A DNA stretch of 64,000 nt, taken from contig CAVRFW010000009.1 in NCBI GenBank assembly GCA_963720565.1, forward strand, positions 160,001 through 224,000. The letters are read 5' to 3'. The notes under the pieces were generated by a model that was given only the letters and a program-made list of their open reading frames with translations, did no database searches and was not told the DNA's origin. This DNA is from Candidatus Bathyarchaeota archaeon (GTDB lineage Archaea; Thermoproteota; Bathyarchaeia; Bathyarchaeales; Bathycorpusculaceae). The translations under genes and the position numbers were made by a program. Of the stretch, positions 19,022 through 27,117 are shown piece by piece. The first letter of the stretch is position 1. Each line of letters opens with the position of its first letter.

Positions 19022-20341
19022 TTACGTGTTCACTTGACTGCTTAAGGGCTGAATGTTTGCGACCTCTCCGGTATCTGCCCAGATTCCAACCGTTATGCTG
19101 TTGACTCCGCCTGGGTATACCTTGTCAAGATACAGCGTGATGTACCAATAGGGTACCAAGGTCAACGGTATATTTCTGGGGTGAGGATAGAACACTGCCG
19201 AAACCGGTTCAGTTTGTACGGTAAAATCGGATACAGTTGCTCCGTCAGCGGTCCATTCAAAGTTTTGGGCGGCGTTTCTCGCAATTTGTATAGCTTCTTG
19301 TTCAGAAATATTCATTTGGGCGTCGCTAACCGCAAAGAGGAACCAGTCATCACTCAGTTCTTTGAGCACGTTACTTTGAAACAACATGCGCAAGCTTTTG
19401 GCTGAATAGTTATGCTCGTTCGAAATGTACGTTAGCAAGAGTTCTACGTTGTCTCCGTAAGCCGTCATTTTCAACTTGATATTGCCCAAAGTTTGTTCAT
19501 TGCTGGTTTCGTTGGCTGAAGCCAGCAGCCTACTCATTTCTTCCAAGTAAGTCTCACCTGAACTAGCACCGTATCTGTCAATTAGACTCTTGGCCGCCTC
19601 CAGCACATTAGCTGATTGGGGCTGAACGTAGATTGGGGCGAAGGGCGGTATGCCTTCAACCAAGGACAGTTGAAAGAGGGAAAAGTGGTTGTTTCTAAAC
19701 CTCAGAACCAGGTCGATGTAGCTTTTTTCGTTTCTAAGAGAATACCTCAGTATCTCCTCGCCGATGTGGCCCATATCTGAACGGTTCCCCGAAGTAACGC
19801 TTAGCAAGGTTGTTTCATACTTCGTGGTGTCAATCTGAGCCACGTCCCTAATAATTATCATAGCCCTCTCCGCGGAGCTCCACGGAAGTATTTGCTGATT
19901 CTGGGCCTTCAATTTCTCATATTCGTCCTCCAAAAATTCGTAGTCCTTAGACAACTGGCTAAGAGAAGCGAACTGAACAACAGAGATGCTTGCGAAAAGA
20001 ATCATGCCAACCAAGGAAAACGCAACAATTGCCCTCCACCTCAAAGGCAAAGACCTGAACTTCTTTGCCTGAATGCTAGGAATCTCTTCTGCACCCTTCA
20101 TAATGGAAACAGAGGATTCTCCAACACTTGACAGCTTGTATTTTCCATCCTCCGTCTTAACTATGAATTCCCCAAGATTTTCAAGATGATAAGTCAAATG
20201 GGAACCTGGAATTCCCAGTTCCTCAAGCATCTGCGAGAAGGTCATTGGGTTTTCGGAGAGCATTCTCAGGATCTTGCGACGCGCCGGATGCCGCAAGGAA
20301 CCAAACATGGCCGAGTACGCATCTTCCGCTGAACTTGCCAT
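19022..20341 (-). CDS. Membrane-anchored ArsR-like wHTH regulator with a large extracytoplasmic domain
   Basis: SLRHPARRKILRML...LTYHLENLG, one TM helix at about aa 103-125, coiled coil, then about 290 aa C-terminal domain. Confidence 0.82.
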   Translation of the reverse strand: MASSAEDAYSAMFGSLRHPARRKILRMLSENPMTFSQMLEELGIPGSHLTYHLENLGEFIVKTEDGKYKLSSVGESSVSIMKGAEEIPSIQAKKFRSLPLRWRAIVAFSLVGMILFASISVVQFASLSQLSKDYEFLEDEYEKLKAQNQQILPWSSAERAMIIIRDVAQIDTTKYETTLLSVTSGNRSDMGHIGEEILRYSLRNEKSYIDLVLRFRNNHFSLFQLSLVEGIPPFAPIYVQPQSANVLEAAKSLIDRYGASSGETYLEEMSRLLASANETSNEQTLGNIKLKMTAYGDNVELLLTYISNEHNYSAKSLRMLFQSNVLKELSDDWFLFAVSDAQMNISEQEAIQIARNAAQNFEWTADGATVSDFTVQTEPVSAVFYPHPRNIPLTLVPYWYITLYLDKVYPGGVNSITVGIWADTGEVANIQPLSSQVNT

Positions 20342-20562
20342 TCCTACCCACCAACTAATACTCTATACTAATAGAATACGTTTACAATTAGAACTTAACT
20401 GGTGAACGGGTATTTTTAGCTAGTCATAACGTGTTAGTCAAGAAATATTGACCAAAAATTGATGATACTTTTTTTCTTGAGTCAAGAAACCTTTACAAAA
20501 ACGGTTTTATCCCAAAATACCCCTAGATTAACTTGCGCTTTCAAACACAGGTGTGATCAAAC

Positions 20563-20934
20563 GTGAAAAGTGCAAGTCACCAAATCCAAAATCTTGTTGC
20601 CAATCCCTACACAACGTTTGACCCTAAAGTGAAATGCGTTCTTGTGGCAATATACAATAACGAAGGAAAGACCATCCTGCAGCCTCTCACAACAAAACAG
20701 GAACTAGAAACAATCCAAGACCTGTTTCAGAACAAAACATTGGAAGTATGGTTATCCAACGGTGAAACAAGCATGGCACAATTTGATGTTGCCAAACTGA
20801 AGTATAAGCAAATGCAGCAGCCCTTCGCAAATTGCCAAAGAGCAAAAACTCGAGTAAGTTTAGAGAATGCCAACTCCTATGAACAACGACCCTTAGGCCT
20901 CAGTTCAGGTGAAATTACAGATGAAAAGTGTTGA
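20563..20934 (+). CDS. Hypothetical protein
   Basis: GTG start after AGGTG; 3' end overlaps the radical SAM gene start. Confidence 0.5.
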   Translation: MKSASHQIQNLVANPYTTFDPKVKCVLVAIYNNEGKTILQPLTTKQELETIQDLFQNKTLEVWLSNGETSMAQFDVAKLKYKQMQQPFANCQRAKTRVSLENANSYEQRPLGLSSGEITDEKC

Positions 20935-22027
20935 AACAACAATTTCAGTTGAAGATCTGGTACGCCCACCTATGACCAGCAAAGCGCCATTATACATGGT
21001 GACATGGCGATGCACAAGAAAATGCGTCGGCAACTGCCTGTACTGCAGCTACACGCCTCCAGTGAAACCAGAAGACGAGGAAGTCAACACCAAAACAGGC
21101 TACAAGATCGTCGACGAAATCTACGATTTTGGGTCGCCTTGGTTTGGAATAAGCGGCGGAGAACCCCTGGTACGCCAGGACATTTTTGACATTATAGAAT
21201 ACGCGAAAGCAACAGGATTTGAAGTCAGCCTAATAACAAGCGGATTCGCCTTTGACCAAAAACGACTCGACAAACTCGTGCGAAACGAAGTTCACACCGC
21301 AGTCAGCATTGACGGCACAAGAGAATCAAACGACAAAATCAGAGGCAGAGGAAGCTACGACAAAGCCCTTTTCGCGATGAAGAAACTCAACGAAAACGGT
21401 ATACTAGACTGCATAGTAACTACCATGACCAAGTACAACATCAAGGACATGGAACATCCGGCAAAACTAGCAGAAGAATTCGGGGCAAGAATGGTCGTTT
21501 ACCACAACCTTGTCCCCGTAGGCAGGGCAGGCACCAACATGCCGGACTTGGCACCCACGCCAGAAGAGTACGAGGCCGCATTCAACCAAATATACGACCT
21601 GCAGGTAGCCTACTCTGGAAAACTAAAAGTCAACGTTTACGCGCCCTTCTACGCAAGAATAGTACGCCAAAGAAACCCAGTAGACTTTTGGGATTGGTTC
21701 CAAAAAGGTTATCTGGGAAAATGCACTATCGGAGGAAACTACATCAGCATAACCGAAAACGGCGATTACAGGTCATGCGGATTCCACGAAGGATACAGAC
21801 TCGGAAACGTAAAGAACAAGAAACTAACGAAAACCTGGAACGAACTCCAGCACTCGGAATTCCACCTCAAACTAAGAGACAAAAGCAACCTCAAGGGCAA
21901 ATGCGGAGTCTGCGAATACCGCGAAATCTGCGGCGGCTGCAGAACCCGCTCAGAATACTACACCGGCGACCTGCTTGAATCCGACCCAGCCTGCGCCTAC
22001 ATACCTAAAGTGCTTCGAGAAGCATAA
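20921..22027 (+). CDS. Radical SAM/SPASM protein (NirJ/AhbCD/PqqE-like)
   Basis: CVGNCLYC, SGGEPL, SPASM CTIG...SC...KCGVCEYREICGGCR...DPAC. Confidence 0.9.
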   Translation: MKSVETTISVEDLVRPPMTSKAPLYMVTWRCTRKCVGNCLYCSYTPPVKPEDEEVNTKTGYKIVDEIYDFGSPWFGISGGEPLVRQDIFDIIEYAKATGFEVSLITSGFAFDQKRLDKLVRNEVHTAVSIDGTRESNDKIRGRGSYDKALFAMKKLNENGILDCIVTTMTKYNIKDMEHPAKLAEEFGARMVVYHNLVPVGRAGTNMPDLAPTPEEYEAAFNQIYDLQVAYSGKLKVNVYAPFYARIVRQRNPVDFWDWFQKGYLGKCTIGGNYISITENGDYRSCGFHEGYRLGNVKNKKLTKTWNELQHSEFHLKLRDKSNLKGKCGVCEYREICGGCRTRSEYYTGDLLESDPACAYIPKVLREA

Positions 22028-22201
22028 GAGTAGAACAAGCAAAAGCATTCGCCTCCCCATTCTGAACAGATCGAAAACCAGTATTACTTATTTTCTTTCC
22101 TGCATTTCAGGCGCTTTGCCCGCTTGTTCTAAAACATATCGAAAAACATATGAGACGTTTAAAACAACTTAAGCATACTATAGGCATAAGAAAACACGTT
22201 A

Positions 22202-22792
22202 ATGAAGATTGGTGAAAAAATGAGTAATACATCTCCGAAAAAGAGTCTAATTGATGAGCTGCCAGGCGGCGTGAAAAAAAACCTTTCGCCGGGAGAAGAA
22301 ATAGTCCGCTACCTCAAAACCTTCGAAGTAACTCAAAAACCAGACTATATCATACTCACAAACCAACGCTTAGTCTATTTCGATGAAAAACACTTAGGCC
22401 GTTACGCTTTCAAATCCATACCCCTCCAAAAACTACTCCAAATAAAAGCCCACAAAGGCGCAATAATATGGGGAGAAATCTCATTCAAGAGCGAAGACGG
22501 CACCACGTTTGTTCTGGAGAGAGTTAACCGCCACGACCTAGAAGGCTTCATAGACGCATTAGAAGCCGCATATAACCGCATAGCGGTGGAGCCAGTATCA
22601 ATGAAACACGAAGGAGACCTCCTCGGCATGGCCGAATGGGAATACAACAAACCCGAAGAAACAGTTTTCAGACAACTCCCTACCGAGCAGCCAAAACCCG
22701 TTGAAGATCCACTACATGAACTAAAAATGAGGTTCATCAGAGGAGAAATATCCGAAGAGGAATACAAGGCCAAACTCCGCGTACTGCAATAA
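22202..22792 (+). CDS. Bacterial PH-domain protein with C-terminal SHOCT domain
   Basis: IILTNQRLVYF PH motif; LKMRFIRGEISEEEYKAK SHOCT motif. Confidence 0.8.
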   Translation: MKIGEKMSNTSPKKSLIDELPGGVKKNLSPGEEIVRYLKTFEVTQKPDYIILTNQRLVYFDEKHLGRYAFKSIPLQKLLQIKAHKGAIIWGEISFKSEDGTTFVLERVNRHDLEGFIDALEAAYNRIAVEPVSMKHEGDLLGMAEWEYNKPEETVFRQLPTEQPKPVEDPLHELKMRFIRGEISEEEYKAKLRVLQ

Positions 22793-22945
22793 AATGAATT
22801 GCAGCCCCACCTAAAAGCTAAAAATGGAACATCGCGCAACTGCAATAGAAGCCCTATTCCATGCACCAAGCAACAAGCTAGCTGTGGAACAAGACTTAAG
22901 CAAAATGCGCAGCCACACCTATGCTTTTTTCTGAGAACACGCGGG

Positions 22946-23290
22946 CTATCTTACCATTCTCTTGTTATCTTGCGAACTATGTGACCGCCTGAACGCGGTT
23001 CGCATTTGCATTTTCTTGTATTCCTCATAAGTCCACACATTCTCCGGATACAACTGCTTGAATCGCCTGAAAGGCAATCTCATGTCAATCTCCATTTGCT
23101 CGCTGAATTGACCCGGAACGTACTTGCGCCTGACACTGGAATAGCCCTTCACAGCATATTTGCTCTTTGAGGTGCTAGGGTTTGCATTCTTGATATTGTT
23201 CAAGGCCACGGCAATCATAGCAATAACGATGATAAAGATGACAAAGCCGGGAAAGAGGAGAGTTAAGTCCATGTTGATCTCTCCCTTCAT
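22946..23290 (-). CDS. Hypothetical single-TM protein
   Basis: N-terminal hydrophobic helix; overlaps the SPFH stop codon, so probably co-transcribed. Confidence 0.65.
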   Translation of the reverse strand: MKGEINMDLTLLFPGFVIFIIVIAMIAVALNNIKNANPSTSKSKYAVKGYSSVRRKYVPGQFSEQMEIDMRLPFRRFKQLYPENVWTYEEYKKMQMRTAFRRSHSSQDNKRMVR

Positions 23291-24216
23291 TTGTTCGTCG
23301 TTTCTTCATCATTTTTAGTCTTTATTGGCAAGACGGTTGCGCCTTCAAGTCCGATGACGTTCAATATATCTGCAGACGCAGGAACAACAATCTTGGTTTG
23401 CTGGCTAAACGTGTCACGAACCACGTCAAGCCTCTTGTTCAGTTGCGCATTTTCTTTGAAGTATTGATTCGCTGCTTCCGAGACCGATTTGATTGCCTTA
23501 GCTTGTGCCTCAGCCACCAACTCCACTGCGCGCGCTTCCCCTTCAGCCTGCAATATTGCGGATTGTTTTGCTCCTTGCGCCTTAAGTATTGCACCTTGTT
23601 TTTCCTGTTCTGCCGCTTCTTTTCGCCCAGTAGCTAGCAAACGCAACTGGCGCCTTTCTTGTTCAGCTGTTTTCTGTTTGTGCATGGCTGTTTGTATATC
23701 CGATGGCGGGTCAATGCGCTGAAGTTCAATACGGTTCACTTTGGTACCCCACTTGTCAGTCGCTTGATCAAGCACACCTCGAAGTTCCACGTTTATTTTT
23801 TCTCTAGAAGTCAGGCATACATCAAGGGACATCTCACCTACGATGTTTCTCAGGGTTGTTTGTGCAAGTTTGACTATGGCTAGTTCGAAATCCTCTATTT
23901 CGTACAACGCTCTTTTCGCGTCCACAACTTGGTAGTATATCACCGCGTCTATAGTAACAACAACGTTATCTTCAGTGATAATCTCTTGCGGCGGTACATC
24001 TATCACCTGTTCACGCATGTTGACACGGTAAACTCTCTCTATGAAAGGCGTTATGAATCTCAGCCCAGGGTCAACGGTCTTCTTATAGGCATTGAATCTT
24101 TCCACCAAACCTTTTTCGTACTGATTGACTTTCTTAACTGACTGCGACAGCAAAATTAACACAACTATCGCAATCGCCAAACCAATTAATCCTATGGTAA
24201 TTTCTAACTGAAACAT
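23287..24216 (-). CDS. SPFH/Band 7 (stomatin/QmcA-like) protein
   Basis: N-terminal TM, QEIITEDNVVVTIDAV, AQTTLRNIVG, KWGTKVNRIE, Ala/Glu coiled coil. Confidence 0.92.
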   Translation of the reverse strand: MFQLEITIGLIGLAIAIVVLILLSQSVKKVNQYEKGLVERFNAYKKTVDPGLRFITPFIERVYRVNMREQVIDVPPQEIITEDNVVVTIDAVIYYQVVDAKRALYEIEDFELAIVKLAQTTLRNIVGEMSLDVCLTSREKINVELRGVLDQATDKWGTKVNRIELQRIDPPSDIQTAMHKQKTAEQERRQLRLLATGRKEAAEQEKQGAILKAQGAKQSAILQAEGEARAVELVAEAQAKAIKSVSEAANQYFKENAQLNKRLDVVRDTFSQQTKIVVPASADILNVIGLEGATVLPIKTKNDEETTNK

Positions 24217-24668
24217 TCTTTCTCACCCACTCCCTCAACTATGAGGCTAACACCCTCTGTTCGAATCACTCTAACTCTTGAACCCTCCTTAACAATTTCC
24301 CCGTCCTCAGTCCGGGAAAGCCAAAGTTCTCCCATCAACTTGGTAACTCCGCCATCTAAAGAGTCAATATCGGTTTTCGCCAAAGCATCTTTGCCGACCA
24401 ACGCGTCAGCATTAGTACGGGTCAGACTAACGTTAAATGTGTCAAGTAAGCCACCTCCACGTAGCTCCTCAATCTTGTAGGTTGCGTCCTTAAGATGGTT
24501 AAAGCGCCGCACGAACTCGCCGAAGTCATCCCCGTTCAACTCCACTTCAAGCAGGAACCCTTTTGGTTTGCGGTTCAGCCTGTATGACATTCTGTATTTT
24601 TCCGCGAACTTTGAAAGCAATTGCGCGAGCTTTAATTCATCTCCTTCCACGGTCAGAGTGACTTTCAT
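24204..24668 (-). CDS. NfeD-like OB-fold protein with an unusual soluble N-terminal domain
   Basis: LVGK...GELWLS...GSRVRVIRTEGVSLIVE NfeD C-domain; adjacent to SPFH. Confidence 0.78.
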   Translation of the reverse strand: MKVTLTVEGDELKLAQLLSKFAEKYRMSYRLNRKPKGFLLEVELNGDDFGEFVRRFNHLKDATYKIEELRGGGLLDTFNVSLTRTNADALVGKDALAKTDIDSLDGGVTKLMGELWLSRTEDGEIVKEGSRVRVIRTEGVSLIVEGVGEKECFS

Positions 24669-24932
24669 TGTTGCCCCATAATTACTATCATCAATTAGTA
24701 TATAAGGTTATTGTTAATCATCGACCTGTATTGAAACTCATCGACTTAAGAAATTTTTTTGACGTGCGCGCACATAGACGGAGATACAATGAGTAACAAA
24801 AGAAATGTTGTTTTGTAACTCAGCAATAACACAGTTGAAAGTGTCCGTCAATTGGGATTCAACTTGTCAAGAACCTTGGAAAACAATTCAGAAAGCTTAG
24901 TTTCACAGTTTTCAAAAGGTGAGAACGGACTT

Positions 24933-25038
24933 TGGTGCGGTCACCGGGATTTGAACCCGGGTCGTCAGCTTGGGAAGCTTTCACAGTGCTGAGCGAGTCA
25001 GTCACTTTGATGTTCTAACCAAACTATACCATGACCGC
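24933..25038 (-). tRNA. tRNA-Gly(CCC) with a 29-nt non-canonical intron at 29/30; CCA encoded
   Basis: Acceptor GCGGTCA/TGACCGC, T-arm CCGGG-TTCAAAT-CCCGG. The anticodon arm TCAGC-TTCCCAA-GCTGA forms only after removing 24979-25007. Confidence 0.92.
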
Positions 25039-25141
25039 AACTAAGCGCCACGTCATTTCGCTGTTAGAGTCTGAATTAGGTATATTTGTGTTTAGGCTCT
25101 TCTAGGCAGTGTTCTCTAAAGTAGTCTCTCTTGTCCTGGAG

Positions 25142-25666
25142 CTACTGTCGAACTTGCCTTCGGATTTTCAGCCTTGAACCAACGTATAGTCCGACCAAAC
25201 TTACGCCCATAATGATTAGTACGCTGAAAAACATGTTTCCTCGTCTAGACAAATCATAAAGAAACCATTCGGTTGTTGTCACCACAGTTCCATCAAACGA
25301 CCCCTTGGGCTTGTCTACTGCAAAAGGCACCCAGTCTGCAAGAGTAGGCTGAAACACCATAACTAGCAACTCATAGAATGCGCCAAGGACAATTATCCTC
25401 GACATAGCCTTTCTGCTCTCTTTTCGTATCTTTTCACCGAACAAGTAACCAACAATTAACATGCTGAGAAAGACAGCGATGAGCCCCGAACTGTAATAAG
25501 AATACATGAACACCCCCACGGTTTGAATCAACAATATCGACAAGGGAAACGCTATCAAAACCTGCAACACAGCATACAATGCCACAGAGGTTACGGTATC
25601 GCCAAACTTCACTCGGTCACCTCCTGCAAAACAAAGAACTGAAAGAAAATATATCCCAAAAACCAT
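25142..25666 (-). CDS. Hypothetical multi-pass membrane protein
   Basis: About four hydrophobic helices; real start probably GTG near 25612 after AGGTGA. Confidence 0.7.
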   Translation of the reverse strand: MVFGIYFLSVLCFAGGDRVKFGDTVTSVALYAVLQVLIAFPLSILLIQTVGVFMYSYYSSGLIAVFLSMLIVGYLFGEKIRKESRKAMSRIIVLGAFYELLVMVFQPTLADWVPFAVDKPKGSFDGTVVTTTEWFLYDLSRRGNMFFSVLIIMGVSLVGLYVGSRLKIRRQVRQ

Positions 25667-25727
25667 TTATGACTTGCGGAAGATACCAACCCAACAAGAC
25701 AACAACCAAAACGGGGAAGAAACGCTC

Positions 25728-26808
25728 ATGACCAAACATTACACTTACACTGACGCTGGCGTTGACCGTGAACAACGCCATGAATCAAAAAAGGCACTCA
25801 AAAATCTGCAGGACACCTACAGGTTCAGCCGTTATGGACCAGTAATGCACCTCCCTTACAGCAACATTTTCCCTTTTTCACAAGACAACTACCTTGACCT
25901 AACAATCGAGGGAGTCGGAACCAAAGTTCTCCTAGCACAACTCGCAGGCAAATACGATACAATCGGCATTGACGCCGTCGCCATGGCTGTAAACGACGTC
26001 ATCCGTTCAGGCGCAACGCCACTAGCTATCTCAGACAACATACACGCTCAAGCCAGCAACCCGCAACTTGTAAAAGAATGGCTAGAAGGCATAACCCAAG
26101 GCGCCAAGGAATCAGAATGCCCAATCGTCAGCGGAGAAATCGGCGACGTAGCAGAAATACTTAAAGGGCATAGCGGAAGGTGCGGGATTCGACATGATAG
26201 TCGCCGCCATAGGACAAGTCACCAAACACAAAATAATCACCGGAAACGGCGTACAACCAGGCGATCCCATAATCGGCTTGCCAAGTTCAGGCCTACACAG
26301 CAACGGCATAACCCTGGCAAGAAAAATCCTCCTCAAACAATGGGGCGGAAAATATGAACCACAAGACACACCCGATACACTCGACAGAGAAATAATTTAC
26401 GAGATGCTCAAACCCACACGAATCTACGTCAAACCCGTACTCAAAGCTGCAGAAGCAGCCAGAATCAAAGCAGCCGTACACATAACCGGCGACGGCTACC
26501 TAAAATTCAACAACATCACAAACTTCTCGCCGGGAATAGGCTTCGAATTCAACAACTTCAAACCTCAACCAATCTTCAAACTAATCCAGAAAACCGCACT
26601 CGAGCTGGGATTCACCATAACCGACGAAGAAATGTTCAGAACATTCAACATGGGCTGGGGCTTCGCCATAATCGTAGACAAAACAGACAAAGAAAAAACA
26701 ATAAACGCTCTCGAAAAAGCAGACGCAAATCCGGAACAAATCGGAACAGTAACAAACACTCAAGAAATAAGAATATCTCATGAAAACATGAGATTATTTC
26801 TGAAATAA
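25728..26808 (+). CDS. purM: AIR synthetase PurM, split by one apparent 1-nt insertion
   Basis: YTDAGVD, EGVGTK, AMAVND, SGE in frame 1; SSGLHSNG, HITGDG, TFNMGWG in frame 2. Extra G in AAAGGGCATA at about 26167. Confidence 0.9.
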
Positions 26809-26865
26809 CGCTTTGCAGTTTTACTGATGAAAGCGTTTAAATTCCCTGCACAAGCAATTTAGCCC

Positions 26866-27117
26866 ATGAAATACCGCGCAAAAATAGAAGTCAGCCTCAA
26901 ACCAGGCCACAGCGACCCTGAAGGGGAAACAACCTCAAGATTACTCAAAGAACTCGGCTACACCGTAGACTCCGTCAACGTAAGCAAAGTGTACGCCGTA
27001 ATTATTGAAAGCTACACTGCAGAGGATGCTAAGGCAAAAGCTGAGGAAATGGCAAAAAGACTTCTCGCAAACCCAACCAAAGACAATTATACAATCAGTG
27101 TTGGGGAGCTTAAATGA
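26866..27117 (+). CDS. purS: FGAM synthase subunit PurS
   Basis: LKPGHSDPEG and LLANP motifs. Confidence 0.95.
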   Translation: MKYRAKIEVSLKPGHSDPEGETTSRLLKELGYTVDSVNVSKVYAVIIESYTAEDAKAKAEEMAKRLLANPTKDNYTISVGELK

